Shown one piece after another: positions 29,651 through 38,398 of a stretch of DNA of 64,000 nucleotides. The DNA is from an uncultured Alphaproteobacteria bacterium. GTDB taxonomy: Bacteria; Pseudomonadota; Alphaproteobacteria; Micavibrionales; Micavibrionaceae. The notes under the pieces are model-generated. The model made no database searches and had not been told where the DNA came from. It saw nothing but the letters and a program-made list of their open reading frames with translations. The translations under genes and the position numbers were made by a program. The stretch's first letter is position 1; each line of letters opens with the position of its first letter. The DNA is taken from positions 368,860 through 432,859 of the forward strand of contig CAVUDD010000005.1 of assembly GCA_963740205.1 (NCBI GenBank). Reading direction: 5' to 3'.

Positions 29651-30118
29651 ATGAGAAAAATATTTACACAAGTAATAGTCTTTTCAATTCTATTAGGATT
29701 AATCAGCTCTTTTATTTTTGCAAAAACCTTAGATTACGAAGAAGACGTTGGATATTGCACAAAATATGCCTCTAAAACTTTAGAACAACCCGACTCCATA
29801 AACTTGAAAGAGATACTCATAAAAAACAAAATCGATGAGTACATTAGATACGATGAGCCTAAGCATAAAAATTACAACGAATACTATAGGCTCTTAAGAC
29901 CCTCAGAAATAAAGGAAGGCTTAAATTACGTACAATTATCATCTTATTTTTGTGTTTCTGAATACCCTGATTTTAAAAATACTTTTGTTACAGGTTTTCT
30001 AACTTCTACATTGATCTTTCTTGTGATCTTAATGCCCCTGTCAATTTTGTTTAAAGCATTTACTGAAAACTTAATGGAGTTTTTTAGATTTCTAAAAAAT
30101 AAAATAAATAAAAACTAA
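29651..30118 (+). CDS. Hypothetical membrane protein
   Basis: 155-aa AT-rich ORF with N- and C-terminal hydrophobic segments. Confidence 0.35.
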   Translation: MRKIFTQVIVFSILLGLISSFIFAKTLDYEEDVGYCTKYASKTLEQPDSINLKEILIKNKIDEYIRYDEPKHKNYNEYYRLLRPSEIKEGLNYVQLSSYFCVSEYPDFKNTFVTGFLTSTLIFLVILMPLSILFKAFTENLMEFFRFLKNKINKN

Positions 30119-31980
30119 CCCGCCTGAACCTCTAACCATTCGGCCTCGGTGGCTTCTAAATCCGCACTGACTTTAACGTGTTTTTCTTGTACCTCTGCGG
30201 TTTCGGTGTGCGGTTTAGTATAAAAACCTTCGCTAGCCATTACTTTTTCAAGTTCGGTTTTTTGCGCCGATAACGTCTCTATTTTCTTTTCCAGTTTTGC
30301 GACAAGTTGCGGGTTTACGGACGGTTTGTCTTCGGCTGGTTCTGAATCATTTGCCGCCTCTTTGGCTTTGTCCTTTTTCTTCTTTTCTGCTTTGCGTTCG
30401 TCGCGGCGTGCCTGAATTGTATAGTCACGGTAATCTTCCAAATCACCCTCGAAATGCTCGCATCCGCCATCGCGCACAACCCAAAGACGATCGGCTACTC
30501 GCTCGACCATATTGGGATCATGGCTGACGATAACAATCGCGCCCTCGTAATTGTTAAGGGCTTGGACAAGAGCCTCACGCGCATCAATATCCAAGTGGTT
30601 TGTTGGCTCATCAAGTAGGAGCAAATGCGGGGCATCAAAACTCATAAACGCAAACAACAATCTTGCCTTCTCACCACCACTAAGCGATTGAATGGTGTTA
30701 TCCGCAAGATCACGCGAGAACCCGAACGCGCCCAGTTTGGCACGCACTTGTGGCTCTCTCACCTCGGGATTGCTGGCATGCATAAGCTTGAACATTTCTT
30801 GATAGGGCGTGGAATTGACATCCAGTTCTTCTGTTTGATGTTGAGAGAAATATCCAATGCGTAATTTGGCGGCGCGTTTAACCTCGCCTTTCATGGGGGA
30901 CAGTTTATCAGCAATCAATTTAATCAGTGTTGATTTTCCGTTTCCGTTCGCCCCCAGCAAGGCAATGCGATCATCATTATCGATACTTTCATAGACATTT
31001 TTGAGGACGGGTTGCCCCTCGGTATAGCCGATATCCGCGCGGTTGATGGATATCATGGGTGAAGGCATTTCCTTTGGATTTGGAAAGGTGAAACGCACTG
31101 CACGCTCGGCAATAACCGCGTCTACAATATCCATTTTTTCAAGCGCCTTCATACGGCTTTGCGCTTGTCTGGCTTTGGACGCTTTTGCCTTGAAACGGTC
31201 AACGAATTTTTGCATGTGGTCGCGCTCGGCCTTTTGCTTTTCATGCATTTTTTGTTGCAGACCTAATGCCTCTGCACGCTCACGCTCAAAAGTATCGTAG
31301 TTGCCTGTATACATTTTGAGTTTCTGATTATCGACATGAATGACATGGTCGATACATTTATTAAGGACTTGGCGGTCATGCGAAATAATCAATAATGTGT
31401 GCGGATAATTGGCAAGGTATCCCTCAAGCCACATAATGGCCTCAAGGTCCAAGTGGTTTGTCGGTTCATCCAAAAGCAGAATTTCAGGCTCGACGAAAAG
31501 TGCTGCCGCCAGCGCAACGCGCATACGCCACCCTCCACTAAAAGAGGAAAACGGCTCGCTCAGTTGTTCATCGGTAAAGCCCAAGCCAGTCAAAAGACGC
31601 GCGGCCTTTCCGGGTGCGGAATAGGCATCTATGTCGGCGAGTTGCTGGTAAATATCAGCCAGTTTATTGGGGTCTTCTTCGGTTTGTGTACGTTTCCAAA
31701 GCTCGGCCATTTCTTCATTGGCCTCAAGCACGAGATCAAGCAAGGGAGTGTCAACCTCGGGAATATCTTGGCGCACCATACCCATGCGTTGCTTTGAGCT
31801 TATATCAACCGTTCCACCATCGGGCATAAGGTCACCTGAGATCAGCTTGAACAATGTTGATTTCCCAGCACCGTTTAAGCCGACCACACCGACCTTCCAG
31901 TTATCGGTGATTGTGGCACTACACTCATCCAATATAGTGCGTCCACCAATTCTATATGACAGGTTTGATATCGTAAGCAT
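30115..31980 (-). CDS. ABC-F family ATPase (two ABC domains, C-terminal coiled-coil tail)
   Basis: Two Walker A motifs (GLNGAGKST, GANGNGKST), two LSGG signatures and no transmembrane domain. Confidence 0.85.
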   Translation of the reverse strand: MLTISNLSYRIGGRTILDECSATITDNWKVGVVGLNGAGKSTLFKLISGDLMPDGGTVDISSKQRMGMVRQDIPEVDTPLLDLVLEANEEMAELWKRTQTEEDPNKLADIYQQLADIDAYSAPGKAARLLTGLGFTDEQLSEPFSSFSGGWRMRVALAAALFVEPEILLLDEPTNHLDLEAIMWLEGYLANYPHTLLIISHDRQVLNKCIDHVIHVDNQKLKMYTGNYDTFERERAEALGLQQKMHEKQKAERDHMQKFVDRFKAKASKARQAQSRMKALEKMDIVDAVIAERAVRFTFPNPKEMPSPMISINRADIGYTEGQPVLKNVYESIDNDDRIALLGANGNGKSTLIKLIADKLSPMKGEVKRAAKLRIGYFSQHQTEELDVNSTPYQEMFKLMHASNPEVREPQVRAKLGAFGFSRDLADNTIQSLSGGEKARLLFAFMSFDAPHLLLLDEPTNHLDIDAREALVQALNNYEGAIVIVSHDPNMVERVADRLWVVRDGGCEHFEGDLEDYRDYTIQARRDERKAEKKKKDKAKEAANDSEPAEDKPSVNPQLVAKLEKKIETLSAQKTELEKVMASEGFYTKPHTETAEVQEKHVKVSADLEATEAEWLEVQAG

Positions 31981-32083
31981 TAGCCCTTGTTCCTTTTCGA
32001 AGGGCGTTTATGGCACATAAAGCTTGTAACTGGAAGTATTCTTATACTTGTATCTTATGCATTTGCGGTGATAGAAAACTCTC

Positions 32084-32587
32084 ATGAGTGATGACATTAC
32101 CCATTATATGACGCCGCATGGTCATGCTGTTTTGGCAAAGGAGCTTTATTGGCTTCAACATGATGAGCGGCCAAAGATTGTTGAGATTGTCTCTTGGGCG
32201 GCGGGCAATGGTGACCGTTCCGAAAATGGTGATTACATTTATAATAAAAAACGCCTACGTGAAATCGACAGGCGCATGCGTTATCTAACCAAAAAACTTG
32301 AGAACACGAAAATTGTTGACCCTAAACAACAGCAAAATCTTGACCGTGTGTTCTTTGGCGCAAAGGTACTTTATGAGCGCGAGGATGGCACACAAGTTAC
32401 AGTCAAACTTGTCGGAGTGGATGAAGCAGATTTCACAGTCGGTAAAATTAATTGGGAGTCACCAGTTGCAAAAGCACTTCTTAAATCCCAAGAGGGCGAT
32501 ATCGTTAAAGTCAAAACGGACAATGGACTTGAGAGAATAGAAATTATTGAGATTTCTTATCCAATTTTACCTGAAAAAATTTCCTGA
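32084..32587 (+). CDS. greB: Transcription elongation factor GreB
   Basis: WAAGNGDRSENGDYIYNKKRLREIDRRMRYLTKKLEN, a GreB-type sequence. Confidence 0.85.
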   Translation: MSDDITHYMTPHGHAVLAKELYWLQHDERPKIVEIVSWAAGNGDRSENGDYIYNKKRLREIDRRMRYLTKKLENTKIVDPKQQQNLDRVFFGAKVLYEREDGTQVTVKLVGVDEADFTVGKINWESPVAKALLKSQEGDIVKVKTDNGLERIEIIEISYPILPEKIS

Positions 32588-32913
32588 TAAATTTCCTCTT
32601 TAAAGCCTAAATAAGTTTTGTGGTTATGAACCAATAGGGGGCGTTTAATAATGGATGCATTCTCAAGCGCTATTTTAATGGCATCACCATCACCCATCCC
32701 CTCCTTAACGCCATCGGGAAGTTTTCTCCAAGTTGTTCCGCGTTTATTAATCACAGTTTCCCAGCCATGTTCCTTTATGGCCTGTTCAAGAACATCAAGA
32801 GGCACACCCTCTTTCTTATAATCATGAAATGAGAAATCAATCTCATGTTTTTCCAGCCACTGAAAAGCCCTCTTCATGGTGTCACAGTTTTTTATTCCAT
32901 AGACAACAGTCAT
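32557..32913 (-). CDS. ArsC/Spx family protein (YffB-like)
   Basis: MTVVYGIKNCDTMKRAFQWLEKHEI.F.FHDYKK. Its 3' end overlaps greB convergently by 31 nt. Confidence 0.8.
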   Translation of the reverse strand: MTVVYGIKNCDTMKRAFQWLEKHEIDFSFHDYKKEGVPLDVLEQAIKEHGWETVINKRGTTWRKLPDGVKEGMGDGDAIKIALENASIIKRPLLVHNHKTYLGFKEEIYQEIFSGKIG

Positions 32914-32950
32914 TATAGATACCTTGCAAAAGATTTTTGATTAAAAGAAA

Positions 32951-33041
32951 TGGCGGTGACGGTGGGATTCGAACCCACGTTACGCTATTAACGTAAACAC
33001 GCTTTCCAAGCGTGCGCCTTCAGCCACTCGGCCACGTCACC
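32951..33041 (-). tRNA. tRNA-Ser (GGA)
   Basis: 91 nt. The acceptor GGTGACG pairs with CGTCACC, followed by G-CCA. The anticodon loop is TTGGAAA, there is a long variable arm, and the T-loop is GGTTCGAATCC. Confidence 0.9.
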
Positions 33042-33100
33042 ATGCGTTATTAAGGCAACGCTATTCCTAGCCATTTTGTGTGTAAATTACAAGACAGATA

Positions 33101-33130
33101 AACAAAACCCCCTCAATGTCTTGAAGGGGC
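33101..33130 (-). terminator. Rho-independent terminator after the BTLCP gene
   Basis: The minus strand reads CCCCTTCAA-GACA-TTGAGGGGG followed by TTTTGTTT. Confidence 0.65.
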
Positions 33131-33160
33131 TTTGTTTTGCGTAGAAAAAACTTGTTATTA

Positions 33161-34105
33161 TTAGCGTGAAGCCAGAATTGTTTCGCCAGAAGTTGGGGCT
33201 TTGTGTAACCACCAGCCAGTTCTATTGATTGAGAAAATTGGCTTATATGTTTTGATGTTGTCTGCGTATTTCATGGCCTGTGACTGGTTGTCCAGAATGT
33301 AAGCACCATCGTCACCATAAACAACCAGAATAGCGTGTGGGATGTTTTTGACCATGTCCTGAACAATTGCAATTCTCATGCGGCTTTCTGGTACACCCAG
33401 AGCGCGCAGTGATGCATATTTAGCAATGGCAAAGTCTTCGCAGTCGCCGCCCTTTGTAAAGAACTCTACAGGTGTTGCCCAATAGTCAGATTTTCCCCAG
33501 TTTCTATTGTCTGTAATGTAGCGTGTTTTGTTAATTAGTGTGTTTACCGATGCAGCCATTTGTTTCAAAGGCTGGCCTTTAATTGAATCCAGATCATTTT
33601 TCCATTTGGAGAGAACATTTTGACCGTTTGCGCTGTTCACATCACGTTCAAATTTTGAAAACATATCGCTCCACTTTGTGAAAGCTGAAATATCAGATGA
33701 TGCCTTTTCAGTTGCTCCGAATAAGCGAGGCTTCGACTGTAGACGACCAATTGTACCAGATGCTCCACCAGTAGAGGCTAGAATGATGTTACCTGGAACG
33801 TCCTTGATTGATCCAGCTTTTGCGCTTTTGGGTCCAAATACAGATAAGGAGGCAAAAAGAGCAATACCAGCAGCTGTTGAACGAATACCAGTTTGAGCGG
33901 CAAGTGAGAAAGCTAACTGACGTCTATTTATAATTTGATTTTCGACAAGATATTGGCCAAAACGCTGTCTTTGACCTTTATGGGCTTTCAAATGTTTGTG
34001 AAGTTCTGCTGTTGAAAGTACGCCACGTAAAACAAGAATGTCTCCAAGTTTATTTTGACGCATATAGGCTCTCATACGGCCTAAAAATCCTGCTTTTTCA
34101 CTCAT
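33161..34105 (-). CDS. Transglutaminase-like cysteine peptidase (BTLCP family) with an N-terminal T2SSE_N/MshEN-like segment
   Basis: The C-terminus has GGDCEDFAIAKYASLRALG...HAILVVY...ILDN (Cys-His-Asp). The N-terminus has KLGDILVLRGVLSTAELHKHLKAH. Confidence 0.65.
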   Translation of the reverse strand: MSEKAGFLGRMRAYMRQNKLGDILVLRGVLSTAELHKHLKAHKGQRQRFGQYLVENQIINRRQLAFSLAAQTGIRSTAAGIALFASLSVFGPKSAKAGSIKDVPGNIILASTGGASGTIGRLQSKPRLFGATEKASSDISAFTKWSDMFSKFERDVNSANGQNVLSKWKNDLDSIKGQPLKQMAASVNTLINKTRYITDNRNWGKSDYWATPVEFFTKGGDCEDFAIAKYASLRALGVPESRMRIAIVQDMVKNIPHAILVVYGDDGAYILDNQSQAMKYADNIKTYKPIFSINRTGWWLHKAPTSGETILASR

Positions 34106-34226
34106 AATCAGCTACCTTCTCTCATACCCATAATATTTGTCGTACCCCCATTAAAGCCTAGAAAAGTTGACGATTTACTAAGATTGTGTAAAAAGTCATC
34201 TAATTCCCTAAAAATATGAGAATTTT

Positions 34227-35210
34227 ATGCTAAATAGCGCCGAAACAGCCGAAACCCTTGAAAAAGTTGGTCATGCACGACTGGTTGTGGTGGGTGATGT
34301 GATGCTTGATACATATATAGTAGGTAATTCTTCTCGGCTTTCACCAGAAGCCCCTGTGCCTGTTCTGCTTGTTGAGAGTGAAACCAGCACTTTGGGCGGT
34401 GCTGGAAATGCTTTTGCCAATATCATTTCTTTTGGAGCAAAGGCAGCGCTTATCGGTTGTGTGGGTGACGATGCACAAGGTGATTCAGTAAAGCAAATGG
34501 TAAAAGATGCAGGAGGGAATTCAGATCTGCTTTTGACAGATATATCTCGCCCAACAATATCAAAAACACGCTATCTGCAAGGTCATCAGCACCTTTTGAG
34601 ATGTGATAGAGAGATTACAGACGCTATATCAGAAGACATTAGGGATGAAGTTTTTACCGTTATTAAAAGCCAATTAAATGGCGTAGATGTCCTTGTTCTC
34701 TCTGATTACGATAAAGGTCTGTTTAGAGATGCAGATTTCCTAAGAACATTAATCAAACTTGCTAAAGACAAGAATATACTCGTGATTGCTGATCCTAAAG
34801 GTAAGGATTTCTCCAAATATCAGGGGGCAGATTTCATTACGCCAAACGCTAAAGAACTTGCGGAGGCGACGGGGCAGGATATTGCAAAAACGGATGGTGA
34901 TGTTGAAAAACAGGCTAATTTATTAATTGAAAAATATGGTTTGGCACATGTTCTTGTTACGCGTTCTGAGGACGGTTTGTCTCTCATTTCTTCAAATGGA
35001 AAACATACGCACATACCAACACATGTCGAGAAGATTTTCGATGTTTCTGGTGCGGGCGATACGGTTCTGGCTGTATTTGCTTGTCTACTTGCAACAGGAC
35101 TTGCCCCTGAGAAATGCGCATGGCTTGCCAATAAGGCAGGAAGCATTGTTGTCAAGAAATCAGGAACATCACTTATTACACAGAGCGAATTAGTCGAAAA
35201 GGTGGCCTAA
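34227..35210 (+). CDS. hldA: D-glycero-beta-D-manno-heptose-7-phosphate kinase (RfaE domain I, PfkB family)
   Basis: VVGDVMLD.Y..G...R.SPEAPVPV...GGAGN and a C-terminal DVSGAGDTV. Confidence 0.8.
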   Translation: MLNSAETAETLEKVGHARLVVVGDVMLDTYIVGNSSRLSPEAPVPVLLVESETSTLGGAGNAFANIISFGAKAALIGCVGDDAQGDSVKQMVKDAGGNSDLLLTDISRPTISKTRYLQGHQHLLRCDREITDAISEDIRDEVFTVIKSQLNGVDVLVLSDYDKGLFRDADFLRTLIKLAKDKNILVIADPKGKDFSKYQGADFITPNAKELAEATGQDIAKTDGDVEKQANLLIEKYGLAHVLVTRSEDGLSLISSNGKHTHIPTHVEKIFDVSGAGDTVLAVFACLLATGLAPEKCAWLANKAGSIVVKKSGTSLITQSELVEKVA

Positions 35211-35726
35211 ATGAGTGATAAGACCCAAATTTCTCTTATGGCGCCAACTCTCGGCTGGGAAGAGGCCACGAGACAAATTCAGCAATGGCAAAATGACGGT
35301 TTAAAGGTCGGGTTTACCAACGGTTGTTTCGATATTGTCCATTATGGACATGTGAATTACCTCAACGAGGCTGCACAAAAGTGCGACAAGTTAGTTCTTG
35401 GCTTGAACCATGATAAGTCAGTGAAAATTCTCAAAGGCCCCGAGCGTCCTATCAATGATGAAATGGCGCGTGCCAATGTTATGGGCGCGTTGGCTTCTAT
35501 TGATATGGTTGTTCTGTTTGGTGCAGATAAAGAAAGCCAAGATAATACTCCTTGTGAAGTTTTGAGTGTTCTTAAGCCTGATGTGATTTTTAAAGGTGGC
35601 GATTATACAATCGATCAGCTTCCTGAGGCCAAAGTTGTTCTAAAGTATGGCGGTCAAGTCGATATCATGCCGCTTTATGAAGGTTACAGCACCAGCAATA
35701 TCATCAAAAAAAGTCGTTCGACCTAA
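35211..35726 (+). CDS. hldC: D-glycero-beta-D-manno-heptose-1-phosphate adenylyltransferase (RfaE domain II)
   Basis: GFTNGCFDIVHYGHVNYLNEA, a cytidylyltransferase motif. Its start abuts the hldA stop (TAAATG). Confidence 0.8.
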   Translation: MSDKTQISLMAPTLGWEEATRQIQQWQNDGLKVGFTNGCFDIVHYGHVNYLNEAAQKCDKLVLGLNHDKSVKILKGPERPINDEMARANVMGALASIDMVVLFGADKESQDNTPCEVLSVLKPDVIFKGGDYTIDQLPEAKVVLKYGGQVDIMPLYEGYSTSNIIKKSRST

Positions 35727-35807
35727 CTCCAAGAAAACCATATGGATTGTTTTGAAAAAGGCTGGTAGGCTTTTACAGTCTTGAACAACCAATTGTGTGC
35801 TTGCCCC

Positions 35808-36461
35808 ATGAAATTTAAAATTACACTTCTTACACTCTCATCTTGCTTGGCTTTTACAGCTTGTGAACTGCCATCAGCTAACTATTTGCCCGACGGATAT
35901 TATTGGCATGATGATACGCCAATATCTTCTGCCCCTTGGACAGCCACATGGTATGAGCGTGCCTATGAAGAGGCTCCAGAGTCTGTTCGCTATGCTCTGA
36001 CGGCCACTTTACGAGGTATGGCAAAGGATATGGTCGCAACATTTGCGGAACAAAATAATATTTATGGGGCGCCAATTTATTTAACCCCGCGCTATGAGTT
36101 AAATGTGGTGAACGGTGCTTATGATGAGGCGCTGAGAAGTGCCTTTAGGGATTTTGGTTATATATTGTCAAATACATCTGAGGGTGCAATTCAGATGGTT
36201 TATCACGCTTCAGCTGCGCAGAAAATTAATGAGCATCGTTTTGGAAAGCCACGTACCTTGGCAACATCACTTGGGATTACAAACAACACAAAAGATTATC
36301 TTTTCTCTCTCATGCATGTTGGGCCTAATGGCAAAGTTTTGCTCGAGGAGGCAAGGCTACAACCTCTTCCTCAAGAAGACATTGCGGGTTGGTCGGGTAA
36401 TTATCACGATTACGAACGCCCTGGCATGATCGATAACCCACCATCATACGAACGCGACTAG
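35808..36461 (+). CDS. Hypothetical lipoprotein
   Basis: ATG 35808 gives MKFKITLLTLSSCLAFTAC (lipobox). Confidence 0.45.
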   Translation: MKFKITLLTLSSCLAFTACELPSANYLPDGYYWHDDTPISSAPWTATWYERAYEEAPESVRYALTATLRGMAKDMVATFAEQNNIYGAPIYLTPRYELNVVNGAYDEALRSAFRDFGYILSNTSEGAIQMVYHASAAQKINEHRFGKPRTLATSLGITNNTKDYLFSLMHVGPNGKVLLEEARLQPLPQEDIAGWSGNYHDYERPGMIDNPPSYERD

Positions 36462-36474
36462 TAATTTTTCTTAA

Positions 36475-37851
36475 TTATTGGGCATTAGGCGATATCGTCA
36501 TGCAATCTTTGAAATGTGTGCATGCTTGCTCGGCATCTGTACGCGAATATCCTGAAAGCCTAGCACGGTATACCCATTTCGAATTAGCAGTTCTTAAAGG
36601 AACAACGTTCTCATCACCATACCGCAAAGCTTGAGGCAGTAAAGATTTGGCTGTTTTGAGTGCGGCCTCCGTTGCCACACGGCTCTGGAAAGCACCTATT
36701 TGCACCGACCAGCCTTCTTTGCGCGGGGTGACGGCATTTCGAGGTTGTGTGCTTGCAATTTGAATATTTCTAGACCTGTTGTTATGTGCGCCCATCGCAA
36801 TATTACCTGTTTCAATTCTAGGGTCACTTTCTAAGTCGGTATCTCCTTGAGAAAGAACAGCGGCAATGGGATCGTCTTGGCGTGTATTATAAGAAACTAC
36901 CTGTGGTTTGAGTGAAGCTATGTCGGTTCCAGAGTAAGGTTTTCTCAGGGGTTTTGGCGGGTTGTATATCGCAACTTGTACCCTAGGTAGTTTGCCCCAT
37001 GCTCTATCGAGAATTTCGGTCATGTGTGCGTTCCGACTTGCGGCGGAACGACCACCAAATACAATCCCAATAATACGCCTGTCTCCGCGCTTTACAGAAG
37101 CGACAAGATTAAAGCCAGAAGCATTTATAAATCCTGTTTTTAAACCGTCCATACCTGGGTAAACACCAAGAAGGCGGTTGTGGTTATTGTACGTTTTACC
37201 TTTGTAAGTGAAAGACTTAGTGGAAAAGTACTTATAATGTTTTGGATGATTGTAAATAACATAGCGTGCCAATGTTGCCATATCACGGGCAGTAGTAACT
37301 TGTCTTGGATTGTGTAGACCATGAGCGTTTACGAATGTCGTATTATACATACCGATTTGTCGGGCACGGTTTGTAGACATTTGCGCGAATTTTGTTTCAG
37401 ACCCACCAATATGCTCAGCAACCGCCACCGCAATATCGTTTGCAGACTTCGTTACAAGAGCAAGGATGGCATCTTTCAACTTTATGGAGGAGCCAGCAGG
37501 CAAGCCAAGCTTGCTTGGCGCAGCGCCTGTTGCCCTATTTGAAATTCTTACATTATCGTTCAACGAAGCGCGCCCTGATTCGAGGGCATCAAAAACCATC
37601 ACCAAGGTCATTATTTTTGTTAAAGATGCAGGATGAAGCACCTTCTTAGAATTGCTTTCGCTAATAATAACTCCAGTGTCAGCATCCATGACAAGTGATG
37701 CGTATTTCTTGTTTTCCGCCGCCTGCGCGCTCAAGCTGGCAGTAAGAAATATTAGTGCCAGACACATGGATAAGGCAATTTTTGTAAAAGACATGGGCAA
37801 GGCCAAGGATACTTTCGAATTTGAGAATTTATGAATAGAAATATTCATCAT
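36475..37851 (-). CDS. D-alanyl-D-alanine carboxypeptidase (peptidase S11) with a C-terminal SPOR domain
   Basis: Has SLTKIMT (SxxK), SAND (SxN) and KTGF (KTG). The C-terminal GWSVQIGAFQSR...YRARLSGY is SPOR-like. Confidence 0.8.
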   Translation of the reverse strand: MMNISIHKFSNSKVSLALPMSFTKIALSMCLALIFLTASLSAQAAENKKYASLVMDADTGVIISESNSKKVLHPASLTKIMTLVMVFDALESGRASLNDNVRISNRATGAAPSKLGLPAGSSIKLKDAILALVTKSANDIAVAVAEHIGGSETKFAQMSTNRARQIGMYNTTFVNAHGLHNPRQVTTARDMATLARYVIYNHPKHYKYFSTKSFTYKGKTYNNHNRLLGVYPGMDGLKTGFINASGFNLVASVKRGDRRIIGIVFGGRSAASRNAHMTEILDRAWGKLPRVQVAIYNPPKPLRKPYSGTDIASLKPQVVSYNTRQDDPIAAVLSQGDTDLESDPRIETGNIAMGAHNNRSRNIQIASTQPRNAVTPRKEGWSVQIGAFQSRVATEAALKTAKSLLPQALRYGDENVVPLRTANSKWVYRARLSGYSRTDAEQACTHFKDCMTISPNAQ

Positions 37852-38005
37852 TCCTTTAAGTGTAAGGCGAAGATTATTAAAAGTCTATAAAATGCATAAA
37901 GATTTATTTTATTTCTAAGGGCTTCTATACTTACAATTTGAAACAGAATTATGTTACCATATATTAATGTCAGAGCAATTTTGACGAATTCTATATTATA
38001 TTATC

Positions 38006-38386
38006 ATGAGCAAGCACGATTTTGATTTTAGGCCACCTTTTGTACTCTCTGACGAAGATGTTGGAGGAAACAAACCTGAAGATGGTAGCGAGGAGGAGGC
38101 TGGGCTTCTTCTTAAAACCCGCCCGAAAACAAAAAAGCCAGATATGTTTAAAGTGGTTCTCTTAAATGATGATTACACTCCTATGGAGTTTGTTATTCAT
38201 ATTTTAGAAAGGTTTTTCCAAAAGAACCGTCAAGAAGCAACGGATGTAATGATGCATGTTCACCGCAGAGGCGTAGGAGTTTGCGGTATATACACATACG
38301 AAATTGCTGAAACCAAGGTGAATCAGGTTATGGAGTTTGCGAAAGCGAACGAACAACCGCTACAATGTATTTCTGAGAAAGAATAG
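38006..38386 (+). CDS. clpS: ATP-dependent Clp protease adaptor ClpS
   Basis: [25 protein letters not shown]. Confidence 0.9.
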   Translation: MSKHDFDFRPPFVLSDEDVGGNKPEDGSEEEAGLLLKTRPKTKKPDMFKVVLLNDDYTPMEFVIHILERFFQKNRQEATDVMMHVHRRGVGVCGIYTYEIAETKVNQVMEFAKANEQPLQCISEKE

Positions 38387-38398
38387 GACACATTATAT

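Noticed and set aside
30297-32020. Many + strand ORFs (for example 31043..31300, 31399..31797, 31667..32020). Similar sets lie opposite polA (43861..46339) and metE.
   Set aside because: These are shadow ORFs antisense to long, strongly supported genes (ABC-F, polA, metE).
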